Of a DNA stretch of 64,000 nt, positions 55,984-64,000 are shown piece by piece. Made by a program: the position numbers and the translations under genes. The notes beneath the pieces were generated by a model that was given only the letters and a program-made list of their open reading frames with translations, searched no databases and had not been told where the DNA came from. Source of the stretch: Clostridia bacterium DTU065 (GTDB lineage: Bacteria; Bacillota; DTU065); NCBI GenBank assembly GCA_001512545.1, contig LFSI01000084.1, positions 42,522 through 106,521 of the forward strand, read 5' to 3'. The stretch's first letter is position 1; the number at the start of each line of letters is the position of its first letter.

Positions 55984-56922
55984 CTACTCTAGCGGTTGAA
56001 CTTCACCAAACTTGTGGGTACCTACGCCTTTTTCAAACACAACAATTACCGGCACCTTGTAGCCGTTGGGGAATAGAGCTCTAGCTTCTGCGTCAAAGCG
56101 CCCTTTCCACGACCGCTCTGCAAGACTAACCAGTTCTCTGTTGAAGCGTTCTTCACCCATACCTCGAACCAGAACCACTGTGAGCTTACCCTCTCTGTCT
56201 ACCTCAAAGATCATCTCTAGTTCGCCTGTGTATTCAAGGCTTTCGATGTTCTTTGTGGTCCAGCCTCCGGTACCGCCGGCTCTAGTGATGTAGTCGTCGC
56301 CTTTCGGTGGAACGTACTTATCGCTGTTGCCGTCCGGAGAACCGGTCTTCTCGATGGCGTCGCCCTGGATGGTTTCCTCAACCTCTGGAGCAGCTTCACC
56401 CTTAGCTTCCTGCGTCATATCGCTCAAATCCACTTCAAAGGTACTGGTTTGGCTTGTAACAACTTCGATCGCAGGAGGCACTTCTTGCTTTGGCAGCTGC
56501 ACCGTTTCTGGATCCGGCTTAGGAGTAGGAGGTTCGACTTTCTGCGGTGCAGGTGTAGTTGTCTGCTGGGTCGTTTGAGGCGGCTTTGTAGCTGTGGTTT
56601 GAGTGGTAGGAGGATTCGTCTGGGCTTTTTCAACTGGCTCCACCACCACCTTGTTGGTTGGTTGCGTCTCCTTATTCTCCACATTTCCCGTAGCCTTTTT
56701 CTCAGGCTGAGATACTTCAGTTGTCTTTTCTCCGCCTTTGTTTGCAGGTTTATCGGGACCCTCCAGGCGTACTCGAACGATCATCTGTCCGGTGCTGTTT
56801 CCTACACCTGCAAACATTGCCTCGAACGCTTCGGCGTTAATTACTAAAACCAGAAAAATGTGTAACGCCAAGGAAATAACGAAAAAGACAGAGAGGGCCT
56901 TATTGTCATTATGTGCTTGCAT
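55984..56922 (-). CDS. TonB/TolA-like energy-transducer protein (N-terminal TM, Pro/Thr/Gln-rich spacer, C-terminal TonB-like domain)
   Basis: The TM segment is LSVFFVISLALHIFLVLVI. The spacer (PTTQTTATKPPQTTQQTTTPAPQKVEPPTPKPDP) is about 120 residues. The C-terminal region is about 100 aa and ends ...KVPVIVVFEKG. It follows exbB-exbD. Confidence 0.6.
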   Translation of the reverse strand: MQAHNDNKALSVFFVISLALHIFLVLVINAEAFEAMFAGVGNSTGQMIVRVRLEGPDKPANKGGEKTTEVSQPEKKATGNVENKETQPTNKVVVEPVEKAQTNPPTTQTTATKPPQTTQQTTTPAPQKVEPPTPKPDPETVQLPKQEVPPAIEVVTSQTSTFEVDLSDMTQEAKGEAAPEVEETIQGDAIEKTGSPDGNSDKYVPPKGDDYITRAGGTGGWTTKNIESLEYTGELEMIFEVDREGKLTVVLVRGMGEERFNRELVSLAERSWKGRFDAEARALFPNGYKVPVIVVFEKGVGTHKFGEVQPLE

Positions 56923-56940
56923 TTAAGCCCACTCCTTTTG

Positions 56941-57339
56941 TCATTGTTTTGTTTCGACAGCCAAGGAGATGTTGTAACCGCCTCCGGCCTGTACAATGTC
57001 CATTGCTTTGATTACGTACATGTAAGGTATATCTTCATGTGCCCTAATAATGATTACTTCTTGAGGATTGTCGGCAAGCCTGGTCTTAACGGAAGCCAGG
57101 ATCTGCTCTTCGCTTAGGCGGTTGTCACCTAGGTACATGTCGCCGTTTTGATCGACGCTGATAACCAGCGAGCTTTTCAGCGCACCTTCACCAGTAGAAG
57201 CTTTGGGGAGCTGAAGGTTGATGGCAGCTTCGTATACCCTGAAGCTGGTAAAAATGACGAAAAATAGAATCAGAGACAGCATGATATCGATCAGAGGAGT
57301 CAGATCGATCTTCGGCTTATTGGTTTCGTACTTAATCAA
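56941..57339 (-). CDS. exbD: Biopolymer transport protein ExbD/TolR
   Basis: 132 aa. The INLTPLIDVmLvLLiFF-type motif is present (IDLTPLIDIMLSLILFFVIF), and a periplasmic domain follows. Confidence 0.8.
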   Translation of the reverse strand: MIKYETNKPKIDLTPLIDIMLSLILFFVIFTSFRVYEAAINLQLPKASTGEGALKSSLVISVDQNGDMYLGDNRLSEEQILASVKTRLADNPQEVIIIRAHEDIPYMYVIKAMDIVQAGGGYNISLAVETKQ

Positions 57340-57980
57340 GCTATATCACTCGTTTCCTTTTCCGACGTTTCAACCTTCAGGTTGGCGAAGATATCGAGAA
57401 TCTCGGCCATAGCCCTGTTCATACTGGTCACGTTCTTAACTACTAAAGAGTCCAGATATGAGTATATCACCGAAACGGGAATAGCGATAATTAAACCGTA
57501 GGCTGTAGTCAGAAGAGCTTCGGCAATACCAGAGCTCATGGCAACAGGGTCGGAAACGCCCTGGAGCTGTCCTAAAACGTTAAAAACCTTGATCTCGCCG
57601 GTAACTGTACCTAAAAGGCCGAGCAGCGGCGAAATTGTTGCAATAATCTGCAGAGCTGGCAGTCTTTTTCTCATTCTATAGAGTTCTTGTTCTGCAACAA
57701 GATTCATATTGCGCTCAACTTCATTGAGGTCCCGTCCGTAGTTCTGAATGCCCGCAGCTAAAACAGCAGCAATCGGACCTCTTTCCTGCTTGGCAAACTT
57801 CAAAGCTTCGAGAAATCTGCCCTGGTTAAGATGGCGTTTTACTGCACCAATGAGTTTGTCCGCATCGTTTTGTGCGCGAAGTAGATTGTAGAGACGTTCT
57901 AGGGCAATGGCCAGTGCTACTACAGAACACGCCAATAGCACATACATTACCCATCCACCTTTAGCTAATAGTTCAAGCAT
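57336..57980 (-). CDS. exbB: MotA/TolQ/ExbB proton-channel family protein
   Basis: Three TM helices. The C-terminal part has the family block GLLGTVTGEIKVF...AEALLTTAYGLIIAIP. The start is probably the ATG at 57980. The tracked GTG at 58010 is embedded in a GGAGGTG motif. Confidence 0.8.
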   Translation of the reverse strand: MLELLAKGGWVMYVLLACSVVALAIALERLYNLLRAQNDADKLIGAVKRHLNQGRFLEALKFAKQERGPIAAVLAAGIQNYGRDLNEVERNMNLVAEQELYRMRKRLPALQIIATISPLLGLLGTVTGEIKVFNVLGQLQGVSDPVAMSSGIAEALLTTAYGLIIAIPVSVIYSYLDSLVVKNVTSMNRAMAEILDIFANLKVETSEKETSDIA

Positions 57981-58549
57981 AATCCGCCTGCCAAAAAGCA
58001 GGCTTGCCACCTCCTTGAGAGCTGTTTATCTTCGTCTTGCGATTCCGGTCTAGAGTACTGCTACAGCAGCTGTCAATTCTCATGACTGCTTTCGACAAAG
58101 CCGCAGTGTTTTCCTTGTACGCCAGCTAAAGGAACCGTTAGAATCTTTTCACATTCACGGCGTTAAAATTCCTCCACCAGTCAAGCTACCCCGAGAGGTC
58201 CTCTTGCAGCTACGAGGGAAAACTGCTGTCCATTACAAGTTCTGTTCGGCCGGGCCTTTTGCTTTAATGTTTACAAAGCTGCTACCGGCGATTCTTCCAG
58301 TCAGCGAACATAAGAAGAAAGGCCACAAAGATCCCAACCCGAAAGAGCCAGATCTTTTGCCTACCGAAAAAACCCTGATGCTTATTCAGACTCATTTAGA
58401 CCGTCGCAGTTACGCAAAAGAGGAAAAAAATCGGGTGTTTCTAGTGCCTGCAGGTGTTTCTCTCCGAGCCCGTTTTCTTTCGAACGCAAAAGAAGACTCC
58501 GGCGGCCTTCCGGCCCGACTGCGGAGCCTTCTTTGTATCCTGAGACTTC

Positions 58550-59242
58550 TTAGTTCAAGCTTACAAGGAGTACCACTGCACCCATAACTCCGATAGCAAT
58601 AAACAAGCTTCTGATGGTCTTGGATTGATCTTCGAGCTGCTGATTCAGTTCGGTAACCTCTTTACGCAGCGCATCCACTTCATCTCTGGTGCTGGTCACG
58701 TCGGCATACTTCTGGTTCAGGCTATCAATCTGCACCTGATAGACGTCCAGACGCCGAGAGAGACTGGTCTGTGTAGACTCGAGGCTCTGCAGGGCATCTT
58801 CTAACATTCCGTAGTCCAGCTGAAGATCGTAGTAGCGGTTGTTGATCTCTAAAAGATCATTCTCGAATTCCGCCTCAAGTTCCATAATCAAGCCCAAAAT
58901 TTCCTTGATCATCTGGTTGTCCGACTGGACTGCAGACGGTCTTTTCTCGAGTTCTGCAACTCTACCCTCTATGCCGCCAACCTTTTGCTCGTAATCGGCT
59001 TGAATGCCGGCAAGCACGTCCAAAAGCCTTGCCACAAACACCGCCATCTCATACCTGTCTATGGTCTGCTGCCCGCGAAACGATCCGTCTGGATAGCCTT
59101 CCATCAAGCCACTATCCAAAATCTTCATAATGCTTTCATATGCCCAGTGGGTTTTTTGCACGTCTGTTGGAGGTAACGCTGCAAAGGCTGAACTGGTCAT
59201 AACTATTGCGAAGAGAACAAAAACTAGTAGGTATTTTTTCAT
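58550..59242 (-). CDS. SLH-domain / coiled-coil / C-terminal-anchor protein, shorter paralogue of 52775-53926
   Basis: Signal peptide, then the SLH module THWAYESIMKILDSGLMEGYPDGSFRGQQTIDRYEMAVFVARLL. A coiled coil follows. The hydrophobic C-terminus is LFIAIGVMGAVVLLVSL. Confidence 0.65.
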   Translation of the reverse strand: MKKYLLVFVLFAIVMTSSAFAALPPTDVQKTHWAYESIMKILDSGLMEGYPDGSFRGQQTIDRYEMAVFVARLLDVLAGIQADYEQKVGGIEGRVAELEKRPSAVQSDNQMIKEILGLIMELEAEFENDLLEINNRYYDLQLDYGMLEDALQSLESTQTSLSRRLDVYQVQIDSLNQKYADVTSTRDEVDALRKEVTELNQQLEDQSKTIRSLFIAIGVMGAVVLLVSLN

Positions 59243-59246
59243 AGCC

Positions 59247-60920
59247 TCACTCCTCTCTAACGATTGCTAAACTGATCTCCGGTATTATCTGAATCTCGAA
59301 AAACCTCGGCCATGCCAGTTTGATATCCCAATCGACAGCATCACCGAGTCGGTAGTCTCCCACACTTCTGCCGGCAAAATGCTTTCTGTAAAAGTCGTTT
59401 AAGCGGGGTCTGAGCAAAAATCCCAGTTCCTCCTGGACAAACCCGAAGAGGTTTTCGGGGATGTTGATGGTGTCGATACCGTTGCTTCTGGTAAACCTCT
59501 CGATTTCTCCCTGCACTTGGACTTTGTAAAAGTAGTCTTTTGCCAGGCGGTGAAGGAGGTACTCAAAGTGGGCTTTAGTTGCATTTTCCAGCTCTTCTCC
59601 TTCCAGCTTGTCCCTAGCCAGAGAGGAGACCGCCTGTCCTATGGCCAGTCCCAGCGTGTTTCCGGCAGTATTCCAACCGGCAAACCCTGTAAGCTTGGCC
59701 ACTTCCACCTGATCGGTCATGGCTTCAAAAAACCCTGGGTGAGCGGAATTGGTGACGACCACATCGCAGATGACAACTCTCCTGCCCTGCTCCATCAGGT
59801 CTTTAACCTTTCCGGCAGAAAAGCTGTCGTTTCCTCCTGGAGTTACAACAAACAAATCAATAAGTCCGTTTTCAGCGATTCGGGCACCTACAGCCTCTAA
59901 GTGCCTTGCGATGTTTGCAGCAAAGTTGACGTCTTCAAAAGGGGCGACCCAGCGGGAACCCTCAATTCCTGAGTAAAACACCTTGAACGTGGGCTCCAAA
60001 CCGTAGTGGTGGGTCACTGCTCTGCTGACCAATATCACACCCACCTCGTCTGCTCCGGGAAAGATCATTACTTTATCCTCAAGCCCGAGCTCGTCTACCT
60101 TTGCCTTGAGCACTTCCCGTTCAGCGCGGTGCAGGCCTGTCAGCGAAGCATCGTCCTGGGCGAGAATGAGGTAGTCAATAACTCCCTCTTGAACAAGGTC
60201 GATGGCCAGGCTGTTAATCACGTGGTTTCTCGCTCTGGCTGCTAGGTAGTCGTTCCTGATGTCTTCGGGAATGAAGCTCTCCAACTGGTCCAGCTTAGCC
60301 TGTTTGTCCGTCTGACCGAGATTTTCCACCTCGTCCTTGAGAATCGCCCACTCATGTGTAGCACTGTAGTACTGGGACGAACGAGCGTCGCTGGTTGTGA
60401 TGGCAAGCCGCTGGATGGTATCAAAAGCGTAGATCGGTTTGTCTCCGATCTTCTCTTTGAGGGTTCTTAGAGACTCCAGGTTGGCCTTGGCTATCTCCAG
60501 AGGCACATCTCCTGTTCGCGATGCCACCAGGCCACCGTAGCAGAGCTGGGAAATGGAGACGATGTAGTAGTCTGCTTCACTTTCTAAAAGCCAAGCGGGA
60601 TACTTTTCTATATCTCCAGGTTTCCTGTAGTAGTCCAGCATTTCGGAATCCGGCATCACAAGATCCAAACCCGAAGCTTTTGCCACCATCTCCGGCGAGT
60701 AGGTGTTTGCCGGTCTGCTGTCAAGGGGCAGAAGCAAGATGGTAGTACTGTCTTCCACATCAATCACGACACCTTCACCAACTTCTACGTCTCCTTCTGT
60801 CGAGGCCACCTCCTGAATGCTCTCCGCTACCTCTGGTGCCTCTGGCGCTCCAGCAAAGTACATCCCGACTTGAGTTCCTAACGCCAGAAGCAGTACAACC
60901 AATAGTGTTTTCTTGAGCAT
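59247..60920 (-). CDS. Hypothetical secreted protein (557 aa)
   Basis: N-terminal signal/anchor MLKKTLLVVLLLALGTQVGMYFAG, then a large acidic domain. It lies 4 nt upstream of the SLH paralogue. I assign no family. Confidence 0.4.
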   Translation of the reverse strand: MLKKTLLVVLLLALGTQVGMYFAGAPEAPEVAESIQEVASTEGDVEVGEGVVIDVEDSTTILLLPLDSRPANTYSPEMVAKASGLDLVMPDSEMLDYYRKPGDIEKYPAWLLESEADYYIVSISQLCYGGLVASRTGDVPLEIAKANLESLRTLKEKIGDKPIYAFDTIQRLAITTSDARSSQYYSATHEWAILKDEVENLGQTDKQAKLDQLESFIPEDIRNDYLAARARNHVINSLAIDLVQEGVIDYLILAQDDASLTGLHRAEREVLKAKVDELGLEDKVMIFPGADEVGVILVSRAVTHHYGLEPTFKVFYSGIEGSRWVAPFEDVNFAANIARHLEAVGARIAENGLIDLFVVTPGGNDSFSAGKVKDLMEQGRRVVICDVVVTNSAHPGFFEAMTDQVEVAKLTGFAGWNTAGNTLGLAIGQAVSSLARDKLEGEELENATKAHFEYLLHRLAKDYFYKVQVQGEIERFTRSNGIDTINIPENLFGFVQEELGFLLRPRLNDFYRKHFAGRSVGDYRLGDAVDWDIKLAWPRFFEIQIIPEISLAIVREE

Positions 60921-61134
60921 GACCTTTCCTCCGATCGCAAAGGACAGGTAGCTGCGTCTTACAGTACCATCCTAATTTGTGTTCGTTCATCGAAAAACGT
61001 TACTTCAATTCCAATTTATTCCTCTGCCTTTTGCAAAAGGTGGCGCTTAAACCTCAGTCCGTTTAAACGCCAGGTAAATCCTAGATGTATTATGTTTCCT
61101 GTCCAAAACCATAAGTTCCAATCCCCTGAGGAGT

Positions 61135-61707
61135 CTAAGCGCTGGCCTGCCTCTTCATCTCTCGGAAGCGCGCTTTTGTCAGCGACATCAGCCAAATCTC
61201 CTGCCAATCGGGATCCTTTCTGCGCAAAAAACCCTTGATGGTAAAGCCAACTTTCCCGTAAGCACGGACTGCTCTCTGGTTTTTTCCGTAAACCCGTAGA
61301 TAAACTTCTTCCAGCCCTAAATGCTCAAAGGCTTCCTCCAAAACCATGTTAATCGCTCTGGTTCCGAGACCTTTGTTCCAGTACTGCTTTTCGGCTATAC
61401 AGACTTTCAGCTCTGCATGTCCGCTTCTCCAAGCTATATTGCAGAGCTCGATATCGCCGATAGGATGTGCATTGTATTCGATAACCAGAAAACGTCTGTC
61501 GCGATTATGGGTTTTGTTAAACAACCAGTCCCTGATTTTCTCTTCCTCATCGGGATACTCCCAACCGGTGAGATCTCCCAATTCTTCATCGTGGCTCCAG
61601 GCCAAAAACTTTTCTACATCGTCTTCTGTGGGGCGTCTCAGACGTATGCAATCTTTTGCCATCTTTACTGTTCCCTCCACAACAACAAAGGTCCGGTCAA
61701 CTGTCAT
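61135..61707 (-). CDS. GNAT-family N-acetyltransferase (RimJ/RimL-like)
   Basis: The acetyl-CoA site block QYWNKGLGTRAINMVLEEAF is present. 190 aa. Confidence 0.75.
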   Translation of the reverse strand: MTVDRTFVVVEGTVKMAKDCIRLRRPTEDDVEKFLAWSHDEELGDLTGWEYPDEEEKIRDWLFNKTHNRDRRFLVIEYNAHPIGDIELCNIAWRSGHAELKVCIAEKQYWNKGLGTRAINMVLEEAFEHLGLEEVYLRVYGKNQRAVRAYGKVGFTIKGFLRRKDPDWQEIWLMSLTKARFREMKRQASA

Positions 61708-61739
61708 GGAGGTTTTCTCTATAAGTCCGCCCCTTACCT

Positions 61740-62555
61740 TTAGGCAATTCCATCCATAGCCCGCAGTAGCTGTTTAAAATAGTGCTCGGGAAGATCAATG
61801 GTTCCCATGAGCAAACTGTCTTTGCCCTTGGGCCCGTGGCAATCGGAGCCTCCAGTGATAATCAACCCTCTAGATAGAGCAAACTTCTCATACTCTAGGG
61901 TCTGCTCCGGCAGGTGAGCTGAATGGAAAACCTCAATTCCATCGACGGGAACGTCCTTCAGGAGGCTGTCTGTTAGTTCCATCTTCACTAGGGCAGGATG
62001 GGCCAGCACCGCTACACCTCCCGCCTGATGAATCAGCTCCACAGCGTCTTTGGGCAGGAGTTTATTTCTGGCAACATACCCCGGTTTTTCCGGATTGAGA
62101 TACCGGCTGAAGGCATCGGAAACCGAAACGGCGTAACCCTTAGCCACCATAGCTCTTGCCACGTGGGCCCTTCCGGGAAGGCCGGTAATGGGCAGATCTT
62201 CAAACTTGAGAGGCAGACCAAATCGTGTAAGCTTGTCCACAGTTAGATGAATCCTCTCAATACGCTCGTTTTCGAGTTCCTGCAGAACATCCAGCAGGGT
62301 TTGATTCTTCACATCAACTCCGTAACCGAGAATGTGGACCTCCCGATCCAAGTACTCGCAGCTGAGTTCCACACCGGGAATCACCATAAGCTCTGTGCCT
62401 AAAGCCGCCTTGGCCTCCAGCGCCTCGGGTACCCCTGCTACCGTATCGTGATCGGTAACACTGATAGCTGAAAAACCTGCTGCTGCAGTTTTCACGAGCT
62501 CTGTAGGTGTGAATGTACCGTCGGAAAATGTGGTATGAAGATGCAGATCGATCAA
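61740..62555 (-). CDS. PHP-domain phosphoesterase
   Basis: MIDLHLHTTFSDGTFTP...ISVTDHDTV gives the His-rich PHP motifs. 271 aa. Confidence 0.8.
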   Translation of the reverse strand: MIDLHLHTTFSDGTFTPTELVKTAAAGFSAISVTDHDTVAGVPEALEAKAALGTELMVIPGVELSCEYLDREVHILGYGVDVKNQTLLDVLQELENERIERIHLTVDKLTRFGLPLKFEDLPITGLPGRAHVARAMVAKGYAVSVSDAFSRYLNPEKPGYVARNKLLPKDAVELIHQAGGVAVLAHPALVKMELTDSLLKDVPVDGIEVFHSAHLPEQTLEYEKFALSRGLIITGGSDCHGPKGKDSLLMGTIDLPEHYFKQLLRAMDGIA

Positions 62556-62556
62556 C

Positions 62557-63267
62557 TTAATCGTCTCCTAAACTGTTTCGTAGTAGATTTAGAGCTTTTT
62601 TCTCAATTCTGCAGATTTGAGCTTGGGAAAGCTGCAGTTCCGCAGCTAATTCCACCTGAGTCTTCTCCGCAAAAAACCGCTGCATAACGATGTAGCGGCT
62701 GCGTTCGTCGAGGTTTTGCAGCAGCTCATCGATTAGCATTTTGGTCTCCTTGTGCTCTTCGACTTTGACTAGCACGTCTTGAAGCAACACCTTGTTATCT
62801 TCATCAATCGGTTCATCAAGCGACTTCGGCGTCCTGGCAACCTCTAGGGCATAGATCAACTCCTGTGGATCTACGCCTAAAACTCCTGCAACTCGAACGA
62901 GGCTCGGTTCCCGGCCTTCTTGTTGGTAGATGGTCTCGCTGATCTCTTTATACCGCAGGTACAGTTCCCGGGCTTTTCTGCCCAGACTCACCTGTTTCTG
63001 CTTGCGCAGGCACTCTTTCATCTCTCCCATAATGTAGGGTACTGCGTATGTGGAAAACGCAGTGCCAAAACCAGGATCGAAGCTGTCAAGTGCTTTAATG
63101 AGCCCAACAAACCCGGCTTGTACCAGATCCTCGTATTCGCCTGCAGAAAACCTCTTGGCCACATGTACCACTAGTGCCGTGTTGTTTTCCAGGAATCTAT
63201 CTCTCGCTTCTTTGCTACCTGCTTTCGCTTGGCGGAGTAGTTCGATATCATTGGGCATCGTTTGCAT
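62557..63267 (-). CDS. sigF: Sporulation sigma factor SigF (a SigB-type group-3 sigma is not excluded)
   Basis: Region 2 is LVQAGFVGLIKALDSFD...FSTYAVPYIMGEMK, and region 4 is ELAAELQLSQAQICRIEKKAL. It lies immediately after spoIIAA-spoIIAB-like genes. Confidence 0.75.
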   Translation of the reverse strand: MQTMPNDIELLRQAKAGSKEARDRFLENNTALVVHVAKRFSAGEYEDLVQAGFVGLIKALDSFDPGFGTAFSTYAVPYIMGEMKECLRKQKQVSLGRKARELYLRYKEISETIYQQEGREPSLVRVAGVLGVDPQELIYALEVARTPKSLDEPIDEDNKVLLQDVLVKVEEHKETKMLIDELLQNLDERSRYIVMQRFFAEKTQVELAAELQLSQAQICRIEKKALNLLRNSLGDD

Positions 63268-63691
63268 GCGGTCTCTTTTTCATAGTTAGTTTTGTGCCTT
63301 TTCCCGGATAAGATTCCACAGAGATCTCATCCATACAGGCTTCCATGAAGTTAAAACCCCAGCCAAGATTCTCATCAGGTTTTGTTGTAAACTCGGTTGT
63401 CTTAGCCAATTCGACATTTTCAATGCCAACGCCTTGGTCTTCAATAACTATTGTCAAAAGGTCGCCTTCGATATACACGCTGATACTAACCGTTCCCACC
63501 GAATCGGGGTATGCATGCTGAACACAGTTCGAGACTGCCTCGGACACGGCTTTGCGGATTTCGTTGTATTCGGCCTCTGTAAACTGCTCGATCTGGACGG
63601 CAAATGCCGCTACCGTGGATCGGGCAAAAGCGATATTCACAGGCAAACTCGGGAACTGAAAATGAACTTCATTCTTCTGTGTCATAGACAT
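63248..63691 (-). CDS. spoIIAB: Anti-sigma F factor SpoIIAB (GHKL Ser kinase)
   Basis: EIRKAVSEAVSNCVQHAY (N-box), DQGVGI (G1) and FTTKPDENLGWGFNFMEACMDEISV (G2) align with the Bacillus SpoIIAB pattern. Confidence 0.75.
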   Translation of the reverse strand: MSMTQKNEVHFQFPSLPVNIAFARSTVAAFAVQIEQFTEAEYNEIRKAVSEAVSNCVQHAYPDSVGTVSISVYIEGDLLTIVIEDQGVGIENVELAKTTEFTTKPDENLGWGFNFMEACMDEISVESYPGKGTKLTMKKRPHANDAQ

Positions 63692-63747
63692 TTGGCACGC
63701 TTAGACAGTGCCGTCCTCCCCTCGCAATAATCAAAAGGCAGGGCAGG

Positions 63748-64000
63748 CTACTCCTGCGCTGGAGCCACCTCTTTGAGGCTCTCTTTAAACAAGCAGAGTT
63801 TGGAGATTCCTGAGATCTCCAAGTCCTCCCTAACGCTGCCTTGGGCGCCTACAATAATCATTGTACCACTTCTGGCGTTCACCTTCTTGTACCGGCCTAA
63901 AATAGCACCGAGGCCCGAGCTGTCGTTAAAACCCACTTTGCTCAAGTCCAGCACAAAAACACTCAGCGTCTCGTAGTGCTCCCACATCTGATCTGCTGCC
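63748..64000 (-). CDS. spoIIAA: Anti-sigma-factor antagonist SpoIIAA (STAS), C-terminal part; the N-terminus lies beyond the window
   Basis: LDLSKVGFNDSSGLGAILGRYKKVNARSGTMIIVG contains the phosphorylatable Ser context (DSSGLG). The reading frame is open to the window end. Confidence 0.6.
   Translation of the reverse strand, partial: AADQMWEHYETLSVFVLDLSKVGFNDSSGLGAILGRYKKVNARSGTMIIVGAQGSVREDLEISGISKLCLFKESLKEVAPAQE

Noticed and set aside
58204-58587. 127-aa plus-strand ORF in the exbB leader
   Set aside because: It has no RBS and is antisense to the minus-strand transcription unit. It partly overlaps the SLH paralogue's 3' end.
1-64000. Search by eye for CRISPR arrays, tRNA/rRNA genes, integrases or transposases
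   Set aside because: No array of regularly spaced identical repeats was found. No tRNA-like cloverleaf or rRNA stretch was recognised. No integrase, transposase or recombinase ORF was seen. The only repeat families seen are terminator hairpins.

Overview
This 64-kb window is chromosomal DNA from an endospore-forming Firmicute. It is almost entirely minus-strand coding and has about 50% GC. Family names below (RloB, DUF134, DUF5320, DUF255, Omp-alpha, CD3324) are recalled from motif patterns, not confirmed by search.

The core is a complete division and cell-wall (dcw) cluster: mraZ-rsmH-ftsL-pbp-murE-murF-mraY-ftsW-murG-murA-ftsQ-ftsZ. It runs straight into spoIIGA-sigE-sigG and then spoIIR.

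Other sporulation loci are sigH, a spoVK-like ATPase, and spoIIAA-spoIIAB-sigF at the 3' edge.

Housekeeping genes include hslO, a rodZ-like gene, ftsK, a Na/Pi transporter, pgeF, surE, mgtC, speH, an M42 peptidase, miaA-mutL-mutS-miaB, feoAB with a DtxR-family regulator, and a lexA/yneA SOS module.

Three regions stand out:
- A roughly 2.6-kb AT-richer insertion at about 44.76-47.36 kb carries a two-gene AbiL/RloAB-type defence pair. The AAA ATPase gene is broken by a +1 frameshift at a (GA)5 tract. The next gene is an RloB-family, Toprim-like protein. The insertion is bracketed by two related terminator-like hairpins.
- An envelope locus at 52.7-60.9 kb combines ExbB-ExbD-TonB-like genes with two paralogous SLH / coiled-coil / C-terminal-anchor proteins in the Omp-alpha style. 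It also carries two large secreted proteins. This hints at outer-membrane tethering in a diderm sporulating lineage.
- Compact regulatory elements are readable directly:
  - a phased GTGGG MraZ operator;
  - three Cheo/LexA boxes;
  - an attenuator with a 30-aa leader peptide;
  - a terminator between sigE and sigG;
  - a terminator-flanked 51-aa ORF rich in Asn/Gln/Lys/Asp.

I did not recognise any rRNA, tRNA or CRISPR array.
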